Shown: positions 1 to 10,627 of the stretch, in pieces
Numbering within the stretch: position 1 is the first letter of the stretch
Layout of the letters: each line of letters begins with the position of its first letter
Assembly: GCA_963768655.1 (NCBI GenBank)
Contig: CAVYIM010000003.1
Span: 851,002 to 915,001 of the forward strand
Reading direction: 5' to 3'
Length of the DNA stretch: 64,000 bases
Origin: an uncultured Chloroflexia bacterium
GTDB taxonomy: Bacteria; Chloroflexota; Limnocylindria; Limnocylindrales; CSP1-4
Position numbers and translations under genes: made by a program
Notes under the pieces: model-generated
What the model was told of the DNA's origin: nothing
What the model saw: the letters and a program-made list of their open reading frames with translations, nothing else
The model's database searches: none

Positions 1-203
1 TGTTGCCGATGTCACTCGCGCCGGATTGGCTCCAGACCGTGGCCAGGTTCAACCCGCTCTACCACGCCGTGGCCGCAATTCGAGCTCTGTTCAACGCCAG
101 CTACGGCGACAGCGAGATCGTGGTAGGGCTGGTCGTGCTGGTGGTACTCGCGGTCATGACGATCGCCCTCGGCTCTCGCTCCTTCAGCCGCGCGGCGACA
201 TAG
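1..203 (+). CDS. ABC-2 type transporter permease, C-terminal part (gene starts before window)
   Basis: P-x-WLQ-x-VARFNPLYHAV-x-AIRAL motif followed by a terminal TM helix, typical of ABC-2 permeases. Confidence 0.75.
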   Translation, partial: LPMSLAPDWLQTVARFNPLYHAVAAIRALFNASYGDSEIVVGLVVLVVLAVMTIALGSRSFSRAAT

Positions 204-299
204 CCAGGCCACACGAAAGCTCGCCGTCGCGGAAGGCCGCGGCGGCGAGCCGTGCGTTCGGTGCGAATTGCAGTTGGATGCCCGAAACGGCAAGCGATC

Positions 300-938
300 T
301 CAGCTGAGCGAGAACGGCGGGTACGGGATCGGGAGCAAGAGTAAGTAGGCGAGAACGCGGGCCGCGTACCGGAGGAAGCCTGCATAGAAGGACGCGAACG
401 CGTTCGGATACTTGCCCATCAGGAGGATCGGGATCCACAGAACGATAAAGCTGACGTATACGACGATGCCGAGGATCGCGAGCACGATCAGGTGCGGGAT
501 CAGGACGATGTAGCGGACGAAGATCCCGAAGAAGGGGATGCCCCAGAGGCGGCTCAGCGAGCGGCCTTCGACGTCGATCTTGACGTCGACTGGGCTCGGA
601 GCGCCCGGCTCGAGCGGCGGGTAACCGCCCGGGAGCAGCATGTAAACGTAGCCGGCGACTCGCATCGATCGGTGTATGAGCTCGGTCAGGAACTTGACGA
701 CCAGCGATGGCTGGCGTCCCAGCAGCAGGATCGGAATCCAGCCCAGCAGAACCCATATGTAGAGGACGATGCCCATGATCGCGAGCACGATCAGGTGCGG
801 GATCGCCATGATCATTCGCACGAACACCCCGACGAACGGGATACCCCAGAGGCGGTTGATCTCGCGTTCGTCGGTGACCGTGAGCTGAACCGGGTATCCG
901 CCGCCCATCGGGGCGGCAGGTGCCTGAGCGAAGGCCAT
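300..938 (-). CDS. DUF4389-like membrane protein with two internal repeats
   Basis: Duplicated RLWGIPF...IPHLIVLAI.GIV...WIPILL.G..P...Y.....YPP unit; GGAGG RBS upstream. Confidence 0.75.
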   Translation of the reverse strand: MAFAQAPAAPMGGGYPVQLTVTDEREINRLWGIPFVGVFVRMIMAIPHLIVLAIMGIVLYIWVLLGWIPILLLGRQPSLVVKFLTELIHRSMRVAGYVYMLLPGGYPPLEPGAPSPVDVKIDVEGRSLSRLWGIPFFGIFVRYIVLIPHLIVLAILGIVVYVSFIVLWIPILLMGKYPNAFASFYAGFLRYAARVLAYLLLLPIPYPPFSLS

Positions 939-1050
939 AGCGGGTACCTCCTAGAGTAGGTGGACGCGCTTCAGCATAGCCCCTCGCACTCCTCTCTCGT
1001 GTGGGTAAGATGGCCCACAGCGGGAAACAGGAACACAGAGGAAGCGCGAA

Positions 1051-1966
1051 ATGGCGGCTCCCACTGGTCGAGCGACGAAGGCCTCCGAAGCGGAGGGGAC
1101 GGCCGGCGCCACAGCGGGCGGCGACCCGTCACGGGCGGCGCTACCGCGCCCGGCGCGGACGGGACGCCGCTGCAGCTGCGTCATTGGCCGCCCGTCGGCG
1201 CGCCGTGGGCCACTGTCCTGCTGGTCCACGGCATCGGCGAGCACAGCGGCCGGTACGAGCGAACAGGGCGGCTGCTGGCCGAGGCGGGCCTCGACGTCCA
1301 TGCCTTCGACATCCGCGGCCATGGGCTCTCTGGCGGCCGGCGTGTCTACGTCCGGCGGTGGGACGACTACCTCGACGATCTGGCGGTCCGGATGGCGGCC
1401 GTGCGCCAGCCCGGCAGGCCGCTCGTCCTGTTCGGGCATTCGATGGGCGCGCTCATAGCCCTGACCTATGTCTGCTCCGACCGCCCCGCGCCGGACCTCC
1501 TCGTGCTGAGTGCCCCGCCACTGGAGGCCAGCGTCCCGGGCTGGCAGCGCGCCCTGGCTCCCGTGCATCAGCCGCGTGGCCCCGACCTTCGCGCTGGCCA
1601 ACCCGATCTCGGGCGAGCAGCTTTCCCGCGACCCCGCCGTGGGCACGGCCTACTTCGCCGATCCGCTGGTCCAGCCCCGTTCCACGGCCCGTCTGGGCGC
1701 CGAGCTGTTCAAGGCCATGAAGCGGGGCCGTGAGGCAGCTCGCCCGCCTCCACGTCCCGACTCTCGTGATCCACGGCGGCGACGACTCGCTCGTTCCGAC
1801 CCACGTCAGCGAGCCGCTGGCCGCCGTCCCCGGCGTGGAGCGGCGCGTCCTGCCGGGGCTGCGGCACGAGACGCTCAACGAGCCCGAAGGACCGCAGGTG
1901 GTCGCCACAATCGTCGAGTGGCTCCGGGCCCATGCCCCCGCCGCCGTGCCAGGAGCCAGGCCATGA
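1051..1966 (+). CDS. Alpha/beta hydrolase (lysophospholipase, Hydrolase_4 type), broken by frameshifts
   Basis: HGIGEHSGRY, DIRGHG, GHSMG nucleophile, HGGDD and RHETLNE motifs spread over ORFs 960-1733, 1510-2364 and 1730-1966; start uncertain. Confidence 0.8.
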
Positions 1967-3198
1967 GCGTCGAGATTCGCGCCTGCCCGCCCGGATCGCT
2001 TCGCCGAATTGCTCAAGACCGCCGAGGTCGCCTTCAGCGAGGATGTCCCCGACGATCTGATCGAGCGTGTCCGGAAGGTCTCCGATCCGGCGCGGTTCGT
2101 GTGCGCCCTGGACCGCGACCGCATCGTCGCCACGGGCGGCGTCTTCGGCGTCAACCTCAGCGTTCCGGGCGGCGACCTGCCGGCCGGCGGCGTGACGTGG
2201 GTGACGGTCCTGCCGTCCCACCGCCGCCGCGGAATCATGAGCGGGATGATGCGGCTGATGGTCGACGACTGCCACGCCCGCAACGAGCCGCTGGCCATTC
2301 TGTGGGCGTCTCGAGGGCGCCATATACCAGCGCTTCGGCTACGGGATGGCGACCCTGTGCGTGAACCTGGAGGCCGAAACCGCTTCCGCGCAATACGCCC
2401 GCGACTGGCCGGTCGAGGGCTCGTGCCGGTTGCTGCGACCGGGCGAGGGGCTGGACATGATCGCGCCTGTCTACGAAGCGGTACGGGCGCAACGAGCCGG
2501 GTTTCTCTCGCGCACGCCCGACTGGTGGGTTGGCCAGCTGCCGCGGCCGGAGAAGGACGACAAGGGCGGCGAAGCCCGGCGGCTGGTCGATCTACGAGAC
2601 CGCCGAAGGCGTCGAGGCCTACGCCGTGTACAAGACCAAGGCCGAGTGGGACGTTCGGGGCGCCCACTGCACCATTACCGTGGAGGAGGCTCTCGGGTCG
2701 ACGCCGCGCGGAACGCGGGCGATCTGGCGGTACCTGCTCGACGTGGATCTGATGCGCACGCTCAAGACGTGGCGCCTGCCCCCGGACCACCCCATCCTGC
2801 TGCTCACCGCCGAGCCCCGCCGCCTCGGGCTGACAGTGGGCGATGGGTTGTGGCTGCGGATCGTAGACGTGAAGGCCGCCCTGGAAGGCCGAACGTACGG
2901 CCCGGACCCGCACGCCGGCGGCCGGATCGTTCTCGACCTGAGTGACGAGTACTGCCCCTGGAATGCGGGTCGATGGATGCTCGAGGTGTCCGAAGGCCGG
3001 GCCGGCGTAGCTACGACCAGGGCGCCGGCCGACCTGGCGCTGGACGCGAACGATCTGGGCTCGCTATATCTCGGGGGTTTCAGCGCCACCTCGCTGGCGC
3101 ACTCCGGACGAGTGGTGGAGCTACGCCCCGGAGGATTGGCCGCGGCCGATGCGCTCTTCCACACGGCGTTGCAGCCGTGGTGTCCGCAGGAATTCTGA
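1963..3198 (+). CDS. Eis-like GNAT acetyltransferase with SCP2 C-terminal domain, three +1 frameshifts
   Basis: VTVLPSHRRRG, reconstructed WASEGAIYQRFGYG, LWLRIVDVKAALEGR, CPWNAGRW and terminal PWCPQEF; ATG overlaps the upstream stop. Confidence 0.85.
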
Positions 3199-3218
3199 CC
3201 CGGCGGCGAGGCCGAGCG

Positions 3219-3398
3219 TCAGCGCTCGAAGCGGACCGGCTGGTGATTGCCCGAGGGTGCGCATACGTCGCAGAGCGTCAAGCCGTCTTCGATGAGAGCG
3301 GCCCGGCGGCGACCCTGGCCGGCCACGAGGGCCACCGGGTGTTTGCATACTGAGCAGCGGGCTTGCTTCGCGTCCATGCGATCGCCTTGATCCGTCAT
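3219..3398 (-). CDS. Small protein with two CxxC motifs (putative zinc ribbon)
   Basis: CSVC...CDVC in about 59 aa; start could also be 3377. Confidence 0.4.
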   Translation of the reverse strand: MTDQGDRMDAKQARCSVCKHPVALVAGQGRRRAALIEDGLTLCDVCAPSGNHQPVRFER

Positions 3399-3792
3399 CC
3401 CTGGATCGGCCTCGTATGAGATTAGGCGACATGGTGTTGCCTGTGGCGATCGAGGCCGATGATGGGGAGCTCGCAACCGCTCCTACGTCGGAAGTCGGTC
3501 GGCTCTTCCGAGCCGACCATCCGGCGTCTGCACCAATCTGGAGGGTGACGATCCTCCACCGCCGACCCGATCCGAACGGACTCGCCTCGGCTACGCTGCA
3601 GCGCCTAGCCCACCCACCGCAGCTGCTGCATTTCGTATGCCTACGGCAGATTCCGTACTCGTGCAGTCTACGCGTTCGATTCTGTGCAGGTGCGGTGGAA
3701 TCGCCGAAAGGTCGATTGGCCCGGCAGGCAATTCCAACATTCCACGCCTCGATCCGCCTATCCCGTCAGGTGGGCCAAGCCGGGACGCGTTG

Positions 3793-3818
3793 GGAACCGG
3801 AGGATGCGTCGGGGCGTC
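3793..3818 (+). promoter_or_regulatory. Putative ECF-sigma promoter (GGAAC-N17-CGTC)
   Basis: Motif 54 bp upstream of the SIMPL gene; similar motif upstream of the serpin. Confidence 0.35.
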
Positions 3819-3871
3819 CTGCGGGCGTTGACATCGCCGCCCAACCCTACTTCGGCCATTGGAGTACGTAA

Positions 3872-4561
3872 ATGAAACTCCGTCTGCCCCCCAAGCCCCG
3901 GCGCTCGCTCCTGGTAGGGCTCCTCTTCGTTTCCGCCGCGTCCCTGGCCGCCGGTTGGACGGCCGGCGCCGTCGCCGCTTCGAGCGGTCCACAGCCTTCG
4001 CCCACCGCGGGAGCCGCGGCCAGCGACGGCGCCATGAGCGGCGCCGGGCCGGTGGTGACAGGCGGCGGCCAGGTTTCGGCGGAGCCGGGATTGACTCAGG
4101 GCTCCAGTTCCTCGAGTGCGGTCTATCCGTACCAGGTCGGCTCGTCGCTGGGTGTCGCGCCCGAGAACACGATCCTCGCCGCGGGAACCGGCAGCGCCGA
4201 CATGAAGGCCGATGGCTCCGACAGGGCGACGGCCATGTCCAAGGCCACCGGCGCCGCCCTGGCCGACGCCAGAGCCCAGGCCCAGGCCGTGGCGACCGCG
4301 ATGGGCGTGGCCATCACGACCACTTATTCGGTCAGCGTCTCGTCGTCGGACAGCTACGTCTACCCGACCGGCGACTGCCCGATCCGGATCCCCGTGCTCC
4401 CCGAACCCAGCGCGGCCGGCCCCGGTGACGGTGGCCAGGCCACCGTCACGAACACGCCCGCGCCCGCCGGTCTGCCCGACGTCTGCGTGCCGGGCAGCGT
4501 CTCGACCCCGACTTCCACGCAGCTGGTTGTGACGGTCGTCGTGGCCTATCGCTTCTCCTGA
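3872..4561 (+). CDS. Secreted SIMPL (DUF541)-like protein
   Basis: Signal peptide, ALADARAQAQAVATAMGV helix and C-terminal VTVVVAYRF strand; GGAG RBS. Confidence 0.6.
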   Translation: MKLRLPPKPRRSLLVGLLFVSAASLAAGWTAGAVAASSGPQPSPTAGAAASDGAMSGAGPVVTGGGQVSAEPGLTQGSSSSSAVYPYQVGSSLGVAPENTILAAGTGSADMKADGSDRATAMSKATGAALADARAQAQAVATAMGVAITTTYSVSVSSSDSYVYPTGDCPIRIPVLPEPSAAGPGDGGQATVTNTPAPAGLPDVCVPGSVSTPTSTQLVVTVVVAYRFS

Positions 4562-4904
4562 TCGGGTGCCGGCCGTCGGCCCCGGCCACTCCCGGCTTGC
4601 CGCTCAGGCTTAAACTGTGGTCGTGTCATCGAGAGGCCGGCAGCGAAGCCGGTCCGGATCGGTAGGGTCGCAGCTCCCCGAGTGAGGCGGCCAGTGGGGC
4701 CGACTCCAACATGGATCTGGCGGCGCCACGGTGCACGGCCAAGCCACCGTCCCCGTCGCCTCCCAGGCGCCTTCCGGCGCGTCCGCGCCGGCATTCAACG
4801 ACCACCGCATCGGCCACTTCGAGGCCTGCGCGGCGCGCGGCCCGGATCGGGCCCTCGGTGCGTTCGAATGTGCCCGTCCGGCTCGCAGCCGGAGGGAGGC
4901 CGAG

Positions 4905-5294
4905 ATGGGAACCGTAGACGTACAGAGAGCCTTTCGATCGATGACGGTGCCTCCGCCGCGGCACGGTGAGTCGGGCGAGCTCGTGGCGCTGAAGATCGAA
5001 GAGCCGGAGCGCGTGGCCGTTGCGATCAAGGCGGGTCCCGAGTACGAGTGCCCGGACCTCGAGTGCCTGAGCGGCGACGAGTGCGAGGCGCAGGCCAAAG
5101 AAACGGCGATCCGGTTGCGGCCGATCCTCCGGGTCAGGCCACAGCCGCTGCCGCTGGTCCTCGAGTTGCTCGAGTGCGAGTTCGATCTGCGACACGGCTG
5201 CGCGGAGCGTCTCTTCTGGCTGGCCCACGAGCGAGGTTACCTGTCACTTCGCGAGGGCCGCGTGTACCTGGGCCACGTGACCGCGGGCGCGTAA
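4905..5294 (+). CDS. Hypothetical protein
   Basis: GGAGG RBS before ATG 4905, host-like codon usage, possible C-terminal winged helix. Confidence 0.55.
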   Translation: MGTVDVQRAFRSMTVPPPRHGESGELVALKIEEPERVAVAIKAGPEYECPDLECLSGDECEAQAKETAIRLRPILRVRPQPLPLVLELLECEFDLRHGCAERLFWLAHERGYLSLREGRVYLGHVTAGA

Positions 5295-5363
5295 TCCGCC
5301 CGGCGGCCCGGCGCCCCGTGGCGCACGGCCGGGTGACCTGGGTCTGTCTGTCATCATTCGGGC

Positions 5364-6089
5364 GTGAGCCCAGACACGCCCTCGGCCCGAAGATCCGACG
5401 CGCCGACCCTCGCCGATCTGCCCGAGCCGGCGGCTCTGCTGTTCGACCTGGACGGCACGCTCGTCGACACTGTCCAGCGGCGCATCGAAGCCTGGTGGGA
5501 GGCCCTGCGTCGCGGCGGGCTGACGGTGGATCGGAATCGCCTGGGGAGCTACATCGGGTCGGACGGCCGGTGGCTGGCCAGGGAGATTGCCCGGGAGCAG
5601 GGTCGCGAGCTCGACTATACCGAGACGGAGGAGTTCGATCGCGTTTCCGGCGCGATCTTCGATGAGCTGAACGCGGCGCCGGTGCCCTTGCCCGGCGCGA
5701 CCGAGCTGCTGACCGCGCTGGAGCAGAGCCGCCTGACCTTCGCCATCGCCACTTCGAGCCGGCCGGGTCAGGTGGCGGTTTCGGTCGACGCGCTGCGCCT
5801 GCCGGCGCCGCCGCCTATCACGGACGGCAGTCACGTGGCCAACGCCAAGCCCGAGCCCGACTTGCTGCTCGCGTCAGCGGCCCAGCTCGGGCTCCCGCCC
5901 GAGCGCTGCTGGTACGTCGGCGATTCGAAGTGGGACATGATGGCCAGCGTGCGCGCGAAGATGATCGCCGTCGGTGTCACGACCGGGGCGGTCGATGCCG
6001 ATGAATTGATGGTCGCTGGCGCCGTGGTCGCGCTGGCAAGCCTGACGGAACTGCTCACCGAGCTGCGCAGGCGCGGAGCCGTGCCCTGA
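5364..6089 (+). CDS. HAD-IA family hydrolase
   Basis: FDLDGTLVD, KPEPD and VGDSKWD motifs. Confidence 0.9.
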   Translation: MSPDTPSARRSDAPTLADLPEPAALLFDLDGTLVDTVQRRIEAWWEALRRGGLTVDRNRLGSYIGSDGRWLAREIAREQGRELDYTETEEFDRVSGAIFDELNAAPVPLPGATELLTALEQSRLTFAIATSSRPGQVAVSVDALRLPAPPPITDGSHVANAKPEPDLLLASAAQLGLPPERCWYVGDSKWDMMASVRAKMIAVGVTTGAVDADELMVAGAVVALASLTELLTELRRRGAVP

Positions 6090-6242
6090 CGCCGGCTGAT
6101 CGCCCCCCGCGCCGGCCGGCACCGTCGCCAGCGAGTCGGAGGCGAGGTGGAGCGGGCACGCAGAATCGGCTCGTGCGCCGGAAGCGGCTCTTGCGCCGAA
6201 GAGGTCGTGGCCGAAGCCGCTCGACCTGCGCCAGGACCCCGG

Positions 6243-6557
6243 TCAGCCCTCGGCGGCGAGTCGCTCTATGTCGACCGCGCGAACGCGCCGCGTCTTGCCT
6301 GCCTCGGTTCGAACCATGTAGGCGGGGATCACCCCGACGACGACGGCCTGGACGACGGCGGTCTCGCCGGCGTACAGCCCGGCTCCACCGATCTTGACCC
6401 GATCGCCGACCGAGAGGTCGTCCCGCGTGTCGAGGGCCGCCAGGTTGATGCTGGCGACGGTCGTCCGTACGTAGTTCGGGTCGCTCGGCAGCCCCGTGGT
6501 CCGGGCAGGTTTCGTGGCCGTGCGGGCCACCGGATACGTGATCTTGCGTTTTCGCAC
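6243..6557 (-). CDS. Small hypothetical protein with KOW-like motif
   Basis: LSVGDRVKIGGAGLYAGETAVV resembles KOW; GAGGAG RBS. Confidence 0.55.
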   Translation of the reverse strand: MRKRKITYPVARTATKPARTTGLPSDPNYVRTTVASINLAALDTRDDLSVGDRVKIGGAGLYAGETAVVQAVVVGVIPAYMVRTEAGKTRRVRAVDIERLAAEG

Positions 6558-6586
6558 TTGCTCAGCAGCTCCTCACAGTGGGGACT

Positions 6587-7849
6587 CTACCGCGCCGCGG
6601 CCGCGAACGTCTGATTGGGCCGCTGCGATCCATTCCGGCGCGACCGGGATGGCCCGCCCGCGCGCCCGCCGCCGAACCGCGCCACCGGTGTGGGCTCGCG
6701 GTTGGGATCGGGCAGGTACTCTTCGACGACTGCACACGGGATGGACTTGCGCAGCAGGCGCTGGACGCCCCGCAGTTCGTCCACCTCGTCGGGCGAGACC
6801 AGGGAGATGGCCGTCCCGCTGGCGCCGGCGCGACCGGTTCGGCCGATGCGATGAATGTAGTCCTGCGGCTCGTACGGCAGCTCGAAGTTGACGACGTAGG
6901 GGAGATCCTCGATGTCGAGGCCTCGCGAAGCCACGTCCGTGGCCACGAGGACCTTGACGTAGCGACCCTTGAACGCCTCGAGTGCACGCGTCCGCTCGGC
7001 CTGGCTGCGGTCGCCGTGGATCGCGGAGCAGCTGACGCCGCGCCTGTCCAGGTACGCGGCCAGCCGGCTCGCCCCGATCTTGCTCCGGGTGAAGACCAGC
7101 ACCTGCTCCATCGAGTCGCGCTGGATCAGGTGGATCAGAAGGTCCGCTTTGCGGCTCTGGTCGACCGGGTAGAGGACCTGGGTGAGATTGTCGGCCACGC
7201 TGTTGCGAGGCGCGACTTCGACCGTCTCCGGGTTGGTCTGGAACTCGCCGGCGAGCTTGCGCACGTCATCGGAGAAGGTTGCCGAGAAGAGCAGCGTCTG
7301 GCGCTTCGCCGGTATGTGTCCGACGATCTTGCGGACTTCGGGGATGAAGCCCATGTCGAGCATCCGGTCGGCTTCGTCCAGGACGAGGATCTCGACCTGG
7401 GAGAGGTTCACGGTGCGCTGCCCGACGTGGTCGAGCAGGCGGCCGGGCGTGGCGACGAGGATCTCGACGCCGTGCCAGAGGATCTTGATCTCCGGGTCGA
7501 TGCGCGTGCCGCCGTACACGACCGTGGAGCGGAGCGGAACGCTGCGGCCGTAGGTCTTGACGGCAGTGGCCACCTGAACGGCGAGCTCGCGGGTGGGTGT
7601 CAGGATCAGGACTCGGACCGGATGTCTTGCCGGCGAGAACCCCGTGTTGGAGTGGTGCCGGAGAAGCTCCAGGATCGGCAGGACGAAAGCGGCGGTCTTG
7701 CCGGTGCCGGTCTGCGCGGCGGCGAGAACGTCGCGGCCGGCGAGAATGAGGGGGATTGCGGCGCTCTGGACGGGCGTCGGCTCTGTGTAGCCCTCCCGCT
7801 CCACTGTGGCGAGAAGGTCGGCCGAAAGGCCGAGGTTGTCGAAAGTCAA
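6587..7849 (-). CDS. rhlE: DEAD-box RNA helicase (RhlE-like)
   Basis: Q motif, AQTGTGKT, PTRELA, DEAD, SAT, HRIGRTGR; AGGAG RBS before TTG 7849. Confidence 0.92.
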   Translation of the reverse strand: MTFDNLGLSADLLATVEREGYTEPTPVQSAAIPLILAGRDVLAAAQTGTGKTAAFVLPILELLRHHSNTGFSPARHPVRVLILTPTRELAVQVATAVKTYGRSVPLRSTVVYGGTRIDPEIKILWHGVEILVATPGRLLDHVGQRTVNLSQVEILVLDEADRMLDMGFIPEVRKIVGHIPAKRQTLLFSATFSDDVRKLAGEFQTNPETVEVAPRNSVADNLTQVLYPVDQSRKADLLIHLIQRDSMEQVLVFTRSKIGASRLAAYLDRRGVSCSAIHGDRSQAERTRALEAFKGRYVKVLVATDVASRGLDIEDLPYVVNFELPYEPQDYIHRIGRTGRAGASGTAISLVSPDEVDELRGVQRLLRKSIPCAVVEEYLPDPNREPTPVARFGGGRAGGPSRSRRNGSQRPNQTFAAAAR

Positions 7850-8118
7850 ACGATTTCTCCTGATTGCGTCAGCTGACGCGGGTCCGGTCGGGCCTGGCGA
7901 GACGAATTGGGTCCCGCACCGACGGCGCGATCGGCGATTGGGGGCCGGCACCCTTGTGGCGTGCCGGAGGCAGACGCTGCCGCAGCGTGTCCGAAAATAG
8001 CGATTACATTGGTCATCGTACCACCGGAGCGGGCGAACCCGGCCAGGCCGATCTGACGAGCCCGCGCGGGTCGAGTCCTCCGCACGGCGCGGCACTCCGG
8101 GGTGCCCCGCCGAACGGT

Positions 8119-9315
8119 TCAGACAACGGCCGCCGCGAGAGCGCCGGTGGCTCGGAACGGGACCGAGGCGCCGCCGCCGGCCCGATCGAAGATGCGTCGG
8201 TACTCGGCGCCGACCTCCCACCACACCATGTTCCTGGCGTGGTCGTACGCCCGGCGACCCATCGAGCATCGCAGCTCGTGATCGCCGAGGAGTTCCACGA
8301 ACGCGTCCGCGAAAGCTTCGGGCGAGTCTGAGACGAGCCGGCCGCGACCGTCGGCGAGGAGTTCCGAGGCGTAGACGTAAGGTGTCGAGACGATGGCCCT
8401 GCCGGCCGCCATGCCGTAAGCCAGCGTGCCGGAGGTGCTCAGGTCGAGGTTCGGATACGGCGTCGCCACGATGTCGGCGGCTTCGAGCCAGGTTCCGAGC
8501 TCCACCCGCCCGACGAACCGGTCGACGAACTGGACGTGCTCGCCCAGGCCGAGCGCGGCGACACGAGCCATGAGATCGTCACGGTAAGCTTCGCCGTCGC
8601 GAGCGAGCACAGCCGGGTGAGTTGCGCCGAGGATCACGTAGCACGCCGAGGGCTCGGCCTTGATCACGGCCGGCATCGCGTCGATGACGGATTCGAAACC
8701 CTTGGCGGGTCCGAGCAGGCCGAAGCTGAGAATCACCGCGCGATCACGAAGGCCCAGGCGGGGCTTGGCCGTGTCGGCGGCGACCAGCGGCAGATGCGGG
8801 ATGCCGTGCGGGACGATGGCGACGCGCGCCGGGTCCACGCCGTAGACGCTCGACAAAATCGATGCGCCTGCGTGCGACATGACGACCGACGTCTGAGCGA
8901 CGCCGACCAGCTCCCTCAGGATCTCGCGCTGAGCCGGCGTGGGCCGCGCCATCACACTGTGGAGTGTGGCCACGACAGGAACTCGCAGCGTGCGGACGAA
9001 GTCGAGGACGTACGAGCCATCGTCTCCGCCCCAGATGCCGTCGCCGTGTTGAAGGCAGACAACCTTGATCCCGCACTCATTGAGCGCCCGCGCGACGTAT
9101 GTGTAGTCCGTCTGCACGTCGCGTCTGATCCGATGCCGGACCTCGGCCGGGTACGGGCCGGGTTCGTCGGACGGGTGCAGGGCCACGATCTCACGCTCGC
9201 CGACCGTTGTGGCCAGGTCGTAGGTGAAGGTCGCAATGCCACACCGGCGTGGGGCGTAGGTGGATACGAAGGCGGTTCTCGAGATGAGGTGCTCCTGTCG
9301 GAGTGGGATCCGCAC
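8119..9315 (-). CDS. Glycosyltransferase family 4
   Basis: STYAPRRCGIATF, FGLLGPAKG and SGTLAYGMAAGRAIVSTPY motifs; start uncertain. Confidence 0.85.
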   Translation of the reverse strand: MRIPLRQEHLISRTAFVSTYAPRRCGIATFTYDLATTVGEREIVALHPSDEPGPYPAEVRHRIRRDVQTDYTYVARALNECGIKVVCLQHGDGIWGGDDGSYVLDFVRTLRVPVVATLHSVMARPTPAQREILRELVGVAQTSVVMSHAGASILSSVYGVDPARVAIVPHGIPHLPLVAADTAKPRLGLRDRAVILSFGLLGPAKGFESVIDAMPAVIKAEPSACYVILGATHPAVLARDGEAYRDDLMARVAALGLGEHVQFVDRFVGRVELGTWLEAADIVATPYPNLDLSTSGTLAYGMAAGRAIVSTPYVYASELLADGRGRLVSDSPEAFADAFVELLGDHELRCSMGRRAYDHARNMVWWEVGAEYRRIFDRAGGGASVPFRATGALAAAVV

Positions 9316-9377
9316 TCGGGCGATAGGCGAGACGCGGCCCGGAGCGATTGACGCCCGGGCCGCGAATGCCGGGCGAA

Positions 9378-9581
9378 CTAGGCTGCGCTCACCTGGACGG
9401 CGCGCGGGCCCTTGGGGCTCGTCTCGATCTCGAATGAGACACGCTCGCCGCCGACGAGGCGGTCGAAGTCGAGGGGGGCCTGGAGACCGCCGCGATGGAA
9501 GAAGTATTCCTTGCCATCCTCGGCGGAGATGAAGCCGAAGCCGCGATCGGCCACGACCTTCTTAACAGTACCGGTGGTCAT
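9378..9581 (-). CDS. Cold-shock domain protein
   Basis: MTTGTVKKVVADRGFGFI...YFFH...VSFEIETSPKGPRA (RNP1/RNP2). Confidence 0.92.
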   Translation of the reverse strand: MTTGTVKKVVADRGFGFISAEDGKEYFFHRGGLQAPLDFDRLVGGERVSFEIETSPKGPRAVQVSAA

Positions 9582-10294
9582 GAGTGACCCCTTTATTCTC
9601 TTCCCGAACCAGATTGCAGACGCACGGTCAGTTCGGAAAGGGGGGTAGACCACGCGAGCGTTGCCGCAAGGTGCAACAACGCCACCCACGGTACTCGCAA
9701 TGTGCCGTTTGCACAAATGTGGACCGCCGGCGTTGCGCCCTCGCCGGCGCCCCGGTCCGTGGCCTCGTCGGGGCCCAGCGCGGCGCCCCAGCCTGCGGGC
9801 TGTGTGCCTGATTGGCTTGACCTGCAGCCGCCGCGGCCCCACTGTGGTACACAGTCGACCGCGCCGGGTCACGATTCCGTCACTCGCAGCGCACGGCAGA
9901 TCGGATGCCCTCGTGGCCCGCAGACCCTTCGCCACGCCGGACGCGCTCATCGTGGTGAGCAGCGACGGCTACTTCGACGTGTTTCGCCCGGACCATCGCC
10001 GGCCCAATGACAAGCCCGCCTATCGCGGCGTCCTGGCCGAGCTGGGGCCGACCGTACGGGGTCAGAACGACAGACTGTCTGTCCGCCCGGATTCACCCAT
10101 TCTCGAAACCGCGGTCTTCGTCTGGGCCGCGCACCACGGCGCCGCCGCGGTGAACGGCGAGCTCGGCCTGGGCCGAAACGGCGCCCAGAGCTAGAACCCC
10201 GCCGAGCCGTTCGGCTGAGCCTCGGGCTTTCGCCCTGTCTCCGGCTCGCCCGGCTCGTCGCGACCGCCTCCCTGCTGCCCGAAAGGATCCCACC

Positions 10295-10537
10295 GTGACC
10301 GAAGAAACCACCCCCACCGCACCGCGCGCCGAGCCGGATCGCGGCCGTTCCGGATTCCGTTCCGCTTCTGTGGCCACGTCGGCCGACAGCCGCTCCAACG
10401 GTGGGTCCGGAGTCCATCGCAGCCACCTTCGCAACCGCAAGGCGTGGCTTGGGCAGCGTACCCGGGCCGGGCAGACGTGGGCCCAGCGGAAGGCCGCCAG
10501 CGTCACCTATTGCCCTGCCAAGCAGCGGGTCGGGTAG
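10295..10537 (+). CDS. Small basic hypothetical protein
   Basis: AAAGGA RBS before GTG; no recognisable motif. Confidence 0.3.
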   Translation: MTEETTPTAPRAEPDRGRSGFRSASVATSADSRSNGGSGVHRSHLRNRKAWLGQRTRAGQTWAQRKAASVTYCPAKQRVG

Positions 10538-10627
10538 CGCGAGAATCGGGGCCGGGCGGGACGGGCTCGTTGCGGCCCGCGGGTCAACGGCGGCGCCGCT
10601 CGGGCTTATCGCGCCCATCTCCGCGTG

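Noticed and set aside
1051-3198. Programmed ribosomal frameshifting in the hydrolase and Eis genes
   Set aside because: No slippery heptamers, and several shifts per gene; sequencing error is simpler
4605-4730. SAM riboswitch-like start (CATCGAGAG)
   Set aside because: The remaining SAM-I/IV core elements are not found and the downstream gene is unrelated to sulfur metabolism
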